Origin: Mobula hypostoma
Lineage: Eukaryota
Assembly (NCBI RefSeq): GCF_963921235.1
Contig: NC_086101.1
Span: forward strand, 6,326,001-6,390,000
DNA: 64,000 nucleotides
Reading direction: 5' to 3'
This document shows positions 23,988-38,700 of the stretch, piece by piece (position 1 is the first letter of the stretch; the number at the start of each line of letters is the position of its first letter). The notes below the pieces were generated by a model. The model was not told the origin of the DNA. It did not search any database and saw nothing but the letters and a program-made list of their open reading frames with translations. The translations under genes and the position numbers were made by a program.

Positions 23988-26900
23988 AATGTTCAACTGC
24001 ACCATTGGTGCGGCTGGAAGATCCAGCAGTGCCGATGGCAGGCTGGACAGTACCTCCAGACTCCTGATGGAAACCGTGAAGACAGCCAAGCTGCGCGACG
24101 CCTTTGGCATCCCCACAGGTGGAGCACAGCCACAAGCCACCTGGACACGATCGGATGGCTCAGCCCGCTCCCGGATCGACTTCCTCTTCCTGTCAGAGTC
24201 CCTCACGGTCAGGTCCACCGACGTCACGCCGGTGTTCTTCTCTGACCACTGCCTTCTGAGAGCCACCTGTCACTTACGGGAGGACCAGAAGGCAGGCAGG
24301 GGGACTTGGAAGCTGAATGTTAAGCTGCTGACCCCAGAGAACACCGAGGAACTAGAGAAGGAGTACACAGGTTGGAGAACCCTGAAAGCCTTATTTGATT
24401 CCCCTGTTCACTGGTGGGAAGCCACCAAGGAGAACATCAAGAGGTTCTTCATTCGCAAAGGTATCCAGAAAGCAAGGCAGGAGCAGAGGGAACTGCGTAA
24501 ACTCCAGAGAGAGTTGCAGCAATTTCTCCTTCTGCAGTCGAAGGGGGTGAAAGTCAGGGAGGAGTTGCGAGAGGTGAAGGGCTGGCAAGCCCAGCACCTC
24601 GCCGCCGAATCCTCCAAGATCATCTTCCGATCAAGGGTCCGAACCGTGGAGCAGGACGAGACGTGCTCACGCTTCTTCTTCCAAAAGGTGCACAGGGGGA
24701 GCTCTGTGATCCACAACCTTAAGGAAGAGGACGGCTCAGTCGCGTCCTCGAAGACCGACATACTGAGGATCTGCAAGTCCTTCCATGCCGCTCTGTACGA
24801 CGAAAAGGCCACAGACTCCACAGCCTCCCACAACTCCTGTCGTCTATCACGCAGGTCTTAGACGACGGCAAGCGGGAGAGTCTGGATCAGCCACTGACCC
24901 TGGACGAGCTGACAGGCTCCATCCGTTCCTTTGGGTCGGGTAAGACTCCCGGAAGCGACGGCTTACCGGCTGAGTTGTGCTCAGCTCTGTGGAACTGGAT
25001 GAGCCCAGACCTGCTGGAAGTGTACAACGCTATGCTTCTGGCCGGCAGCATGTCAGAGTCCATAAGGAAGGGCATCATCACCCTCATCCACAAGCAGAAG
25101 GGGGAAAGGGAGAACATTAGGAATTGGAGACCCATCTCTCTCCTGAATGTGGATTACAAGATTCTGTGCAAGGCTATCTCCAAGAGGGTCAAGTCTGCTC
25201 TGGGACATGTGATCCACCCGGACCAAACCTGTGCTGTACCGGGCCAGAAGATCTCAGACAGCCTTGCGCTGCTGAGGGACACCATCGCCTACGTGCAGGA
25301 CAGGGGGGTGAACGCCTGCCTGGTCAGCTTGGACCAGGAGAAAGCCTTCGACAGGATATCGCACACGTACATGGCGGACGTGCTCTCCAAAATGGGATTT
25401 GGGGAGGGAATCCGGAATTGGATTAGACTGCTCTATACAGACATCCATAGTGCAGTCCAGGTCAACGGATGGGAAACAGACAGCTTCCCCATCAGGTCTG
25501 GAGTCAGGCAGGGCTGTCCCCTCTCCCCTGTCTTGTTTGTGTGCTGCATTGAACTCTTCGCCGAAGCCATCAGGAAGGATGAGGGCATAAGAGGGGTGAC
25601 TCTGCCAGGCAGTGGAGGGTCCCAAGTGAAAACCTCCCTGTACATGGACGACGTCACCGTCTTCTGCTCTGATCCGAGGTCAGTTCGCAGGTTGATTGGC
25701 ACCTGCGAACAGTTCGAGCTGGCGTCGGGGGCCAGGGTCAACCGCACGAAGAGCGAAGCCATGCTCTTCGGCAACTGGCCCGACCGATCCAGCGTCCCCT
25801 TCACCATCAGGTCAGATCACGTGAAAGTGTTGGGGATCTGGTTCGGAGGGGCCGAGGCGTGCAACAAGAACTGGCAGGAGCGGACTGCCAAGGTGAAACA
25901 GAAACTGGGACTGTGGGGACGGCGCTCCCTGTCGATAACGGGCAAGAACCTGGTCGTCAGGCGTGAGGTGCTCTCAGGGCTGCTGTACTTGGCGAAGGTG
26001 TGGCCCGTCCCCCGGTCCTACAGCTCGGAAATCACCCGAGCAATCTTCAGAATCGTCTGGGGATCCAAGATGGAGCGGGTCAGACGGACCGTCATGCACA
26101 CGTCCCTGGACAATGGGGGCAAAAATGTCCCCAATGTCGCCCTCAGCCTGATGGCCAGCTTCGTGTGTGACTGCATCAGGTTGTGTGTAGAACCCAGGTA
26201 TGTGGGCACCAAGTACCACTATGTGCCCAGGTTCTACCTATCGCCCTGGCTATGAACGATGGGTCTGGCCCCACTCCCGCGCAACGCCCCAGTCAGCTGG
26301 TCCTTGCCGCCATACCTGTCCTTCGTAGTAAAGTTCTTCCAGGTCAACGTCTTTGACCACAGGGCCATCAGGCACGTAATGTCCTGCAGGCACTGCAGGA
26401 GAAGGACGTGATGGACACAGTGGGGTGGTTCCCGGAGCAGACCGTCCAGTTCATCTGGCAAAATGCCTCATCGCCAGATCTCACCAACAGACACCAGGAC
26501 CTCGCCTGGCTGGCAGTGAGAGGGGCCCTCCCAGTCAGATCCCTCCTGTATGCCCGGAACGTCGCCTCCACACCCCACTGCCCACGGGAGGACTGCAGTG
26601 AGGAGGAGTCTGTGACCCCCCTCTTTGCACACTGCCAGTTCGCAAAGAAGGTGTGGAGAAAGATGGACGGGCTAGTGTCACGTTTTATCCCCAGCAGCGG
26701 CTTAACAGAGGACTCTCTGATCTACGGGCTGTTCCCGGGGACGCACACGGAGACCAACATCCGGTGCTGCTGGCAGATCATCAACTCGGTGAAAGAGGCT
26801 CTTTGGTCGGCCCAAAACTTGATGATCTACCAGCACATGGAGATGTCCGTGGGAGAATGCTGCCGACTGGCACATTCTCGGCTGCAGGAGTACGTGCTGA

Positions 26901-27180
26901 GGGACGCACTGAAACTTGGTGCAGCCACTGCAAGGGCCCGGTGGGGAAGGACCACGGTATAGGTTTCTTCACCCGCGGGACTGGGAGGGGTCGGGTGGCG
27001 AGGAGTATACCCCTTAACAAGGGTGTGGAAAGATGAAACAACAGAGCGCCACGTGGGTGGCTAAAAGTGTGGAAATGTACAGACCATAATGGAAACATCT
27101 GTAAAGGATTGAGAGTCATTGAATGGTTTATGGTATATAATTTTATTTTTGAATAAAGTATATTTTGAAATTTTAAAATA
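23988..27180 (+). mobile_element. 5'-truncated Tx1-clade (L1-like) LINE ORF2: APE end, RT, C-terminal Zn motif; a few disruptions
   Basis: SRIDFLF, SDHC, WKLN, NWRPISLLNVDYKI, DQEKAFDRISH, GVRQGCPLSP, YMDD, CPREDC..ESV..LF.HC; AATAAA near 27152. Confidence 0.93.
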
Positions 27181-28695
27181 CTGCTATTTGTCCCCCACTT
27201 TTCCTTCGCTACATCGACGACTGCATTGACGCTGCTTCCTGCACGCATGCTGTTCTCGTTGACTACATTAACTTTGCCTCCAACTTTCACCCTGCCCTCA
27301 AGTTTACCTGGTCTATTTCCGACACCTCCTTTCCCTTTCTTCATCTTTCTGTCTCTATCTCTGGAGACAGCTTATCTACTGATGTCTACTATAAGCCTAC
27401 GGTCTCTCACAGCTACCTGGACTATTCCTCTTCTCACCCTGTTTCTTGCAAAAACGCCATCCCCTTCTCGCAATTCCTCCGTCTCCGCCGCATCTGCTCT
27501 CAGGATGAGGTTTTTCATTCCAGGACGAAGGAGATGACTTCCTTTTTTTTTAAAGAAACGGGCTTCCCTTCCTCCACCATCAAATCTGCTCTCAAACGCA
27601 TCTCTCCCATTTCACACACATCTCACCCCATCCTCCCGCCACCCCACCAGGGACAGGGTTCCCCTTGTCCTCACCTACCACCCCACCAGCCTCCGGGTCC
27701 AACTATAATTCTCCATCACTTCCTCCACCTCCAACGGGATCCCACCACCAAGCACATCTCCCCCCCCCCCCGCTTTCTGTAGGGATCGCTCCCTACGCGA
27801 CTCCCTTATCCATTCGTCCCCCCATCCCTCCCCACTGATCTCCCTCCTGGCACTTATCCTTGTAAGCGGACCAAGTGCTACACATGCCCTTACACTTCCT
27901 CCCTCACCACCATTCAGGGCCCCAGGCAGTCCGTCCAGGTGAGGCGACACTTCACCTGTGAGTCGGCTGGGGTGATATATTGCGTCCGGTGCTCCCGATG
28001 TGGCCTCTTATATATTGGCGAGACCCGACGCAGGCTGGGAGACCGTTTCGCTGAACACCTACGCTCTGACCACCAGAGAAAGCAGGATCTCCCAGTGGCC
28101 ACACATTTTAATTCCACGTCCCATTCCCATTCTGATATGTCTATCCACGGCCTCCTGTACTGTAAAGATGAAGCCACACTCAGGTTGGAGGAACAACACC
28201 TTATATTCCGTCTGGGTAGCCTCCAACCTGATGGCATGAACATTGACTTCTCTAACTTCCGTTAATGCCCCTCCTCCCCTTCACACCCTATCTCTTATTT
28301 ATGTATTTAATATATTTTTTATTTTCCTCCTTTTCTCTCTCTCTTTTTCTCCCTCTGTCCCTCTCACTATAACTCCTTGCCTGCTCTCCACCCACCGGGC
28401 TCCCCTCCCCCCTTCTCTCTCTCTCCCCAGGCTTCCCGTCCCATGATCTTTTCCCTTCTTTATGTCTGTAACCCTTTTGCCAATCAACTATTCAGCTTTT
28501 AGATCCATCCCTCCCTCTCCTGTCTTCTTCTATCATTTCGGATCTCCCCCTCCCCCTCCCACTTTCAAATCTCTTACTATCTCTTCTTTCTGTTAGACCT
28601 GACGAAGGGTCTCGGCCCGAAACGTCGACTGTATCTTTTCCTATAGATGCTGCCTGGCCTGCTGCGTTCACCAGCAATTTTTGTGTGTGTTGCAG
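27181..28695 (+). mobile_element. Penelope-like element (RT end + GIY-YIG + terminal repeat)
   Basis: [44 protein letters not shown]. Confidence 0.92.
28595..28630 (+). ncRNA. Minimal type I hammerhead ribozyme (core intact)
   Basis: AGAC-CTGACGA-A-GGGT(ctcg)GCCC-GAAAC-GTC/GACT; predicted cleavage after 28626; one mismatch in helix I. Confidence 0.7.
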
Positions 28696-29265
28696 GTTTG
28701 AATCAGTTCGGTGAGATGTCATCGACGTGGATCGCCAACTCCGTTACTCTTTCCACTGATCCTGACTGACCTGCAAGTTTCCTGCAGGTCCTGGGGATAA
28801 ATGTGTCCAAAACAGAATAACTGATTCTACGTGGAAATCCGTCAGGATCCCAACTCCATGTTCCGCCTGTGCAGCCGGCGGCCTTGTGGCGTGAACATCA
28901 AATTCTCAAACAGCCGATTGTTGCTCCCCCTCTGTCACTTTTCAATTTTCTCTCTCCTCGTGCCATATTACCTCCATCGTATGTCCCGCCTACCCAAGAT
29001 TCACCTTGACTTCGCTAACCACTACAACTTGTCCCACTTAACCTGGCCCAGTGTGAGTGGACATTAGGACCCGGGGGAGCGGGGGAGCTCCGGACCCGCC
29101 GCCCGCGGCTGCTGCTGAATCCGCGGTGTTTCTGTTCCGTTGACGGATGCGGTGAACGAGTTAAAATTAACGGATCGATAATTCTCACACCGTGTTTAAT
29201 TCACTCTGCGCACATTTATATTTACACTGATTTACTCCTGACGCCAGTCCCGGAACCCGACCAGT

Positions 29266-29798
29266 TTACAGACCCGGAGAGGAACCGGAGCAGATTCTCA
29301 GCCACTGTTTTTTATGCCAAGTCCAGAAAAAAGGATAAAGTTTCCCCGTGAATTTGTTCCCAGTGAAGGTGTGGAGATGGAACTTGGTTTCCGCGTTGTA
29401 AAATGAAACTGTCCCGGACTCGTAACTGAGATAAACTCCCACCCTCCCGGGGATGGGACCGGCAGGGAGACGGGACACAGGGGAGGTGAAAACATTGATT
29501 ACGTGATCATCCCGCCCGATGATCCAGAATCCAGTCTTCGGACTCAGTCCGACCAGTCTCTTCCTCTCCACAGACTCTGCGGCGACTCCCAGATACCACC
29601 ACCGATTCCCTGTCACCTCCACCTCCCAGTAATGTCTCCGCGATGTGAACCCCTCCGATCCCAGCACACAACCCCGGCCTGTGAACCTCTTCCCGGTGTC
29701 AGGGAGAATCCTCCGGGTCTCGGTCCATCTCACACTCTTCCGATCCTCAGACACCTCGAGACCCGGGTGCGCCGTTTCCACATCCAGGGTGACAGAGA
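29266..29798 (-). CDS. TRIM-B exon 6 (B30.2/PRY-SPRY)
   Basis: ctccacag|[12 protein letters not shown]...RHYWEVEV...RVGVYLSY...LYPFFW...PGL*. Confidence 0.93.
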
Positions 29799-32700
29799 CT
29801 GTGGAGAGAAGCAGAGAATTAGAGTCATCGAAGATCGTGAGGTGGCGGGGGGCGAGGGGCGGGAGAGACTCGGGCAGCGCCGACCCAGGCACAGACGTAC
29901 TGGTTAGTGGGTCAATTGATGATTGTAGATTGTCCTGTGATTAGGTCAGTGTTTAAAGAAGGTGGGTTGCTGCGCTGTGCGAGTCGTTAAGCTTACAATG
30001 GCCCGTTCTGTGCTGTGTCGCTAAAGAAACAAATCCTTCACATCTTTCGTGTCCACGTACTTGACAACATGTCTTAAACCACCTCCGTTCTGACCGCCAC
30101 AACAGACAGGATCACCCGGTAGCCTCCCACTGCACCTCTGCTTCCCATTCCCATTCGGATATGTCCATACATGGCCTCCTCTACTGCCATGAAGAGGCTA
30201 AACTTAGGTTGGAGGAGCAACACCTCATATACCGTCTAGGTAGTCTCCAGTTCCTTGGTATGAACATAGAATTCTCCAACTTCCGGTAATTCCCTCCCCC
30301 TCCCTTCCGTATCCCTATTTCACACTGCCCCCTCCCCCAGCTGCCTATCAGCTCCCTCATGATTCTGCCTCCTTCTACTACCCATTGAGTTTTCCCCTAT
30401 TCCTTCTTCACCTTTCCTGCCTATCACCTCCCTGCCTCCCCTCCCCCACCCCTTTATCTTTCCCCTTGCTGGTTTTTCACCTGCAACCTACCAGCCTTCT
30501 CCTTCCCACCCTCTCCCTACCTTCTTTATAGGGCCTCTGCCCCATCCCTCTTCAATCCTGACGAAGGTTTCCGGCCCGAAATGTCAACTGATCATTTCCA
30601 TGGATGCTGCCTGACCTGCTGAGTTCCTCCAGCGTGTTGTGAGTGTTGTCTTAAACCATTGTGAGCTCCACAGCTTCCTCTGGCAGCCTCCTCAGCTTCA
30701 GGGAGAAAGTCCCAGCCTATCCCGCCTCTCTTTATGCCCAAGCCCTCCAGGCCCAGAACATTCTTGTAAATCTGCTTTGCCCCCTCTCTGGTTGAATGAC
30801 ATCCCTCCTACAGCACGGTGACCAGACTGTACACAGTTATCCAAACATGACCCAACCAACGTCTTGTACACACGGAAATAGAAGTCCCAGCTCCTGTACG
30901 CAATACTCTGACTGACGAATCCGCCCACCACCCGCTCTGTCTGGCCAGTGGCCCACCAACTTATGTGAAGCATTTAGCTCCCCAAAATGCAATGACTCCT
31001 ATTTCTCTAAATTAAACTCCATCGGACATTCTACAGTCGCACTGGCCCATTTGATCAAGGTCCATGTCACCTACAAACCTACTAACAACGTTTCCTGTCA
31101 TTCTTCTAAACAGGGAACATAGAACATAGAATAGTACAGCACAGTACAGGCCCTTCGGCCCACAATTTTGTGCCGACCCTCAAACTCTGCCTCCCATATA
31201 ACCCCCCACCTTAAATTCCTCCATATACCTGTCGAGTAGTCTCTTAAACTTCACTAGTGTATCTGCCTCCACCACTGACTCAGGCAGTGCATTCCACACA
31301 CCAACCACTCTCTGGGTAAAAAACCGAGGTTATGGAGGAGTCAACTGGAGGAAGGTGAAAACAGAAACACAAAAACTGATCTGGCTTAGAATCTTCTCAG
31401 TAATGGAGGTGATAATGGGAACCGTGAGGGGAGAGATGAATGGCAAATGGAATCAGAACCAGATGGGAAGGGGGTGGAAAGCCTGTGGGTGAACGGTGTG
31501 TGTGTAGATGGAAACAGAAGGTGAAGGGGGATAAATATGGGTGATGAGGGTCCTTTTGTCCTCTTTCACACAAACCCACCCTGACCCCATCACCGACCCC
31601 CCCCCCCACTCTCATCCTGATACAGGGTTTTGATTCATTAAGGACCAATGTGGTCATTGATATCTGGACCCAGAGGAGATGGGAGAGGCCTTTAAAGTAT
31701 TTCCCATGGAGACTGGGAATGTGAGGAATATGCATAGTTCTGCCTTGGAACATACACATTTTACAAAAGACGAGTGTAGATTGGATTCAGATGGCGTCAT
31801 TATAGGAAACCAAGGGTTATGTTAGAGGGGTGTTAATCTGCCTGGAGGTCTATGACCAGTGATGTTCCATAGGGGACAGTGTTGGGACCACTGTTGTTGC
31901 ATGTTATTCAGTAAAGTTGCAGATGACACATCTAATTGGATACAAAACTACTTTTGCGATAGGAGACAGACTGCTGGTGAAAGTTTGTTCTACAGGCTGG
32001 AGCCCTGTGACCTCAGAGGTCGATGCTGGGTCCACTGTTAATCATATAACCATATAACAATTACAGCACAGAAACAGGCCATCTCGACCCTTCTAGTCCG
32101 TGCTGAACTCTTACTCTCACCTAGTCCCACCAACCTGCACTCAGCGCATAACCCTCCATTCCTTTCCTATCCATATATCTATCGAATTTAACTTTAAACG
32201 ACAACATCGAACCTGCCTCAACCACTTCTGCTGGAAGCTTGTTCCACACAGCTCCCACTCTCTGAGCAAAGAAGTTCCCCCTCATGTTACCCATAAACTT
32301 TTGTCCTTTAACTCTCAACTCCATATCCTCTTGTTTGAATCTTCCCCACTCTCAATGGAAAAAGCCTATCCATGTCAACTCTATCAATCCCCCTCAATTT
32401 TAAACACCTCTATCAAGTCCCCCCTCAACCTTCTACGCTCCAAAGAATAAAGACCTAACTTGTTCAACCTTTCTCTGTAACTTAGGAGATGAAACCCAGG
32501 CAACATTTCAGTAAACCTCCTCTGTACTCTCTCAATTTTATTGACATCTTTCCTATAATTCGGTGACCAGAACTGTACACAAAGCTCCAAATTTGGCCTT
32601 ACCAATGCCCTACACAATTACATCCCAACTCATATACTCAATGTTCTGATTAATAAAGGCCAGCATACCAAAAGCTTTCTTCACCACCCTATCCACATGA

Positions 32701-35700
32701 GATTCACCTTCAGGGAACTATGCACCATTATTCCTGGATCCCTCTGTTCTACAGCATTCTTCAATGCCCTACCATTTGCCATGTATGTCCTATTTTGATT
32801 AGTCCTATCAAAATGTAGCATCTCACATTTTTCAGCATTAAACTCCATCTGCCATCTTTCAGCCCACTCTTCTAACTGGCCTAAATCTCTCTGCAAGCTT
32901 TGAAAACCTACCTTATCATCCACAACGCCACCTATCTTAGTATCATCTGCATGTTTACTAATCCAATTTACCATCCCATCAACCAGATCATTAATATATA
33001 CAACAGACAACATTGGACCCAGTACAGATCCCTGACGCACTCTGCGACACAGCGTCCTCCAATATGACACACAGTTATCCACCACTACTCTCTGGCGTCT
33101 ACCATCTAGCCACTGCTGAATCTATTTTACTACTTCCATATTAATGCCTAATGATTGAACCTTCCTAACCAACCATCCGTGTGGAACCTTGTCAAAGGCC
33201 TTACTGAAGTCCATATAGACCACATCCACCGCTTTGCCCTCATCAACTTTCTTAGTAACCTCATCAAAAAATTCCATAAGATTTGTCAAACATGACCTTC
33301 CACACACAAATCCATGTTGACTGTTCCATCAATTTACCCACCACTGACATCAAACTCACAGGTCGATAATTGCCAGGTTTACTCTTAGAACCCATTTTAA
33401 ACAATGGAACCACATGAGCAATATGCCAATCCTCCGGCACCATCCCCGTTTCTAATGACATTTGAAATATTTCTGTCAGAGCCCCTGCTATTTCTACATT
33501 AACTTCCCTCAAGGTCCTAGGGAATATCTTGTCCAGACCCGGAGACTTATCCACTTTTATATTCCTTAAAAGCTCCAGTACTTCCTCTTCTTTAATTGTC
33601 ATACTTTCCATAACTACCCTTCTTGTTTCCTTTACCTTACACAATTCAATATCCTTCTCCTTAGTGACTACCGAAGAAAAGAAACCGTTCAAAATCTCCC
33701 CCATCTCTTTTGGCTCCGCACATAGCCATCCACTCCGATTCTCCAAGTGACCAACTTTATCCTTCACTATCCTTTTGCCACTAACATAACTGCAAAAACC
33801 CTTTGGATTTATTTTCACCTTACTTGCCAAAGCAGCCTCAAATCTTCTTTTAGCTTTTCTAATTTCTTTCTTAAGATTCTTTTTACATTTTTTATATTCC
33901 TCAAGTATCTCATTAACTTCAAGCTGCCTATATTTATTGAATATCTCTCTCTTTTTCTGAACCAAGTTTCCAATATCCCTTGAAAACCATGGCTCTCTCA
34001 AACTTCTAACCTTTCCTTTCAACCTAACAGGAACATAACGATTCTGAACCCTCAAAATTTCACCTTTAAATGACCTCCATTTCTCTATTACATCCTTCCC
34101 ATAAAACAAATTGTCCCAATCCACTCCTTCTAAATCCTTTTGCACCTCCACAAAGCTAGCCTTTCTCCAATCAAAAATCTCAATCCTAGGTCCAGTCCTA
34201 TCCTTCTCCATAATTACACTGAAACTAATGGTATTGTGATCACTGGTCCCGAAGTGCTCCCCAACATATACCTCTCTCACCTGCCCTGTCTCATTCCCTA
34301 ACAGGAGATCCAACACTGCCTCTTCTCTAGTTGGTACCTCTTTGTATTGCTCCAAAAAACTACCTTGCACACATTTGACAAACACCAAACCATCCAGCCC
34401 TTTTACAGAATGTGCTTCCCATTCTATGTGTGGAAAATTAAAATCTCCCACAATCACAACCTTGTGCTTACTACAGATATATGCTACCTCCTTACAAATT
34501 TGCTCCTCCACTTCTCGGTTCCCATTAGGTGACCACAATACACCCCTATAAGCATCACAACACCTTTCCCATTCCTCAGTTCCACCCAAATAGCCTCCCT
34601 AGGTGAGTCCACTAATCTATCCTGCCAGAGCACCGCTGTTATATTTTCTCTGACAAGCAATGCAACACCTCCCCCTCTTGCCCCTCCTATTCTATCACAC
34701 CTGAAGCAACGAAATCCTCGAATATTTAGTTGCCAATCATACCCCTCCTGCAACCATGTTTCACTAATAGCTGCAACATCATATTTCCAGGTATCAATCC
34801 ATGCTCTAAGCTCACCCACCTTTCTTACAATGCTCCCAGCATTAAAATAGATGCATTTAAGAAACTCTCCACCTCCTACTCTCTGTTTATCCTTAATGGA
34901 GCAAACAACTTTGTTATCTTTTTCCTCCATTTTCCCTAGTTCAACCGCCCCTCTCCTAGTCTCCTTAATTTGATTCCCTCCCCCCAACCATTCTAGTTTA
35001 AAGTCATCTCAGTAGCCCTCGCAAATCTCCCCGTCAGGATATTGGTCCCCCTAGGATTCAAGTGCAACCTGTCCCCTTTATACAGGGTCACGCCTGCGCC
35101 AATAGTAGTCCCAATGATCCAAAAACCTGAATCCTGCCCCTGCTCCAATCCCTCAGCCACGCATTTATCCTACATCTCATTGCATTCCTACTCTCACTGT
35201 CGCGTAGCACAGGCAGTAATCCCGAGATTATTACCTTTGCGGTCCGTTTCTCAACTCCCTTCCAAATTCCCTATGTTCTTCTTTCAGGACCTCTTCCCTT
35301 TTCCAACCTATGTCATTGGTACCTATATGTACCACGACCTCTGGCTCCTCTCCCTCCCACTTAAGGATCTCTTGGACATGATCAGAAACATCCCGGTCCC
35401 TGGCACCAGGGAGGCAAACTAGCATCCGGGTCTCCGGACTTCATCCACAGAATCATCTATCTGACCCCCTAACTATTGAGTCCCCTATTACTACTGCCCT
35501 CCTCTTCCTTTCCCTACCCTTCTTAGCTACAGGGCCGGACTCTGTGCCGGAGGCACGGCCAGTGTCGCTTCCCCCAGGTAAGCTGTCCCCCCCAACAGTA
35601 CTCAAACAGCGGTACTTATTGTTAAGGGGCACAGCCACAGCCACAGGGGTTACTAGGGTTATTGGCCATCAGTATTAACAATTTGGAAAACAATGTAGAT

Positions 35701-38700
35701 TGTATGGTTAGTAAGTTGGTGGTTGACAGCAAAATTGGTGATAAAGTGGACAGTGGGGAAAGCTGTCTAGTTTCCAGCTTATTGAGATCAACTGGGAACA
35801 GGGATCAAAGAACAATAGATGCAATTTGACTTGGACAGTTGTGACATGTTACATTCTGGTCTGTTAAACTGGCACAGGACTCAGACAGTAAATTACAGAA
35901 ATAATTCCAAAATAGAGACCAAAGGATACAGGTACATGACCTCCCTGCAGGTGGCAACACAGGTAGACAGGGTGGTCAGGAAGGCATTTGGCACCCATGG
36001 TTCCCTTGGACATGGCATTGAGCTCAGCAGTAGGAAAGTCACTGTAGAAATCGTTGATCAGACTGCACATGGAGAACTGTGCACATTTCTGGTCGCCCAA
36101 CTATCAGAAGGATGTCATTAAGCTGGAAAGTGTGCACAAAAGATTCAGAAGAACTTTACCAGATCTGGAGGACTGTGCTTACAATATAGATGGGTCCATT
36201 TCCCTTCAGTATAGGAGGTTGAGGGGTAACACCACAGTGCCTAAAAAAGTATTCAGCCCCACAACAACTTTCACATTGCACTGTCTTATTTTCCAAATTT
36301 AAAATATATTGTAGGAGTTTTGGAGCTTATCTGCAAAGCATTGTGCATCATGTCAAGTGAAAAAAAAATTCCAAAACCTGTCAATTATTAAAAACCAAAA
36401 CTGTGAGGCTGAGAAATATTCAGCCCCTTTGTCATTATAACAGTAACTTTCCTCAGGTGCAATATATTAAGTATCAACCCACCCAGCTTGTTGATGTAGA
36501 AAATTAGAAGATCACCTGCTTTCATTGAATTCATAAGAATAAATACCTCCATCCCTCTAAGAGGTCCAACAGTATGGTAGATTTTCAACAGACCGAACCA
36601 AAATGAAGACAAAAGAGCATTCAAGACAAGGAAGAGGAATACTAATAGAGAAGCGCAGATCTGGAGAAGGGTACAGACAATCTGAGAGGCATGGAACATA
36701 CCTTGGAGCTCAGTGCAGTCCATTGTGAAAAAGTGGAAAAATATGAAACCACAGCCATACTATCTAGGTCAGGCCGCCCCTCAAAACCGGAAAAGAACTG
36801 TATTTGTAAAGGAAGCTACTGTGACACCAACAGTCACTCTGAGTGAGCTGCAGCAGTCAGAGTCTGCAACTGGAAATGAAATTCATGGCTCTACAACCTC
36901 TAAGGCCTTGCACCAAAAGCGTGTTCATTGAAGAGTGGCAAGGAGAAAGGCCTGGCTAAAACAGAAGCATATCCTTGCCCATAAAGACTTTGCAAAGCAT
37001 CATTTAGAAGATGTGTAAGAAGATCTTGTGGACTGATGAGACTAAAGTGGAACTTCTTGGCCTCAACACTAAGTGTGGCATAAATCTAATATTGTGCAAC
37101 AGGTAGGTAACACCATCGCTACTGTAAAGCATGGTAGAGGTAACAGCAAGCTATGGGAACAACCAAAATCAGGACTCTGCCTGAAACATCGACTATTTAC
37201 TTTTTTCATAGATGCTGCCTGGCCTGCTGAGTTCCTCCAGCATTTTGTGTGCATTGCTCTGATTTCCAGCATTTGCAGATGTTCTCATGACTGTGAGATA
37301 TGGTGATGCTTTTCAGTAGCAGGGACAGAAAATTGGTCAGGATTGATGGGAAAATGAATGTTGCTGAATTAGAGAGATCCTGGAAAAAAATCTGCTGGCC
37401 TGTGCCAAAAAGTTTAAACTGGGGAGGAAGTTTGTCCTTCAGCAGGACAAAGACCCAAAGCACAACTGCCAGAGCAACCATGGAGTTCAAATGAAGAAAA
37501 CTGATGTATTTGAGAGGCCCAATCAGACACCCCTGACAAGATGGCTGTCCACTGCCGCTCCCCAGATAACCTGGCACAGCTTGAGCAATTTTGCAAGGAG
37601 GAATGGGCAAATCTTGCTCCATAATGTTGTGCAAAGCTAGTAGAGATTCGTCCAAATAGACTACTCTCTGTAATAGCTGCAAGAGGTGGTCCAACTACGT
37701 AAGTACTGAACAAAGGGGATGAATACTTTTGAACTGCTATCATTTCAGTTTTTGAATTTTTAGCTTTCCATGCTTTACAATTTTCCCTGTTTTTGGGCTC
37801 TACTGTGAAAAAAGGAGCATGCGATTCACAAATAAGAATTCTCAGTTAAATTGATCAAAATCCCTGCTTGTAACACTCATTCATGTGAACAAAGTGTTGG
37901 GGGTTGAATACTTTTACAAGGCACCGTATAAAACCACGAGGAGTGGGGAGAAACATAGAAACATAGAAACATAGAAAATAGGTGCAGGAGTAGGCCATTC
38001 GGCCCTTCGAGCCTGCACCGCCATTTATTATGATCGTGGCTGATCATCCAACTCAGAACCCAGCCTTCCCTCCAATACCCCCTGACCCCTATAGCCACAA
38101 GGGCCATATCTAACTCCCTCTTAAACATAGCCAATGAACTGGCCTCAACAGTTTGCTGTGGCAGAGAATTCCACAGATTCACCACCCTCTGTGTGTAGAA
38201 GTTTTTCCTAATCTCGGTCCTAAAAGGCTTCCCCTCTATCCTCAAACTGTGACCCCTCGTTCTGGACCTCCCCAACATCGGGAACAATCTTCCCGCATCT
38301 AGCCTGTCCAATGTTCAGTCTTTTTCCTAGAATGGGTGAGTGTAAAACCAGAAGAGATATAGACTAAAGGTGAGAGGGGAAATTTTAAAATGGAGTTGGA
38401 GACAACTTTATCACACAGTGGAAAGAGCTGTTAGAAGAAGTTGTAGAGGCAAGTAAAATTACAATATTTAAAAATATAGTTAGACAGGTACATAAATAGG
38501 AAAGGGTTAGAGGTATGCGGTGCAAACATGGGCAATTGGACTAGCTCAGGAAGATATCTTGGTTGAAATGAACTACAGTAATTTGAATGAACAACTAAGA
38601 GGCTTGCCGATCCAGCAGGGGGCAGACCTGAGTTAACCAGCGTCTGCAGTCATGGCAAGCCGCAGAAGGTGAGTCGAGCTAATTTCCTTTCCTGAACGAA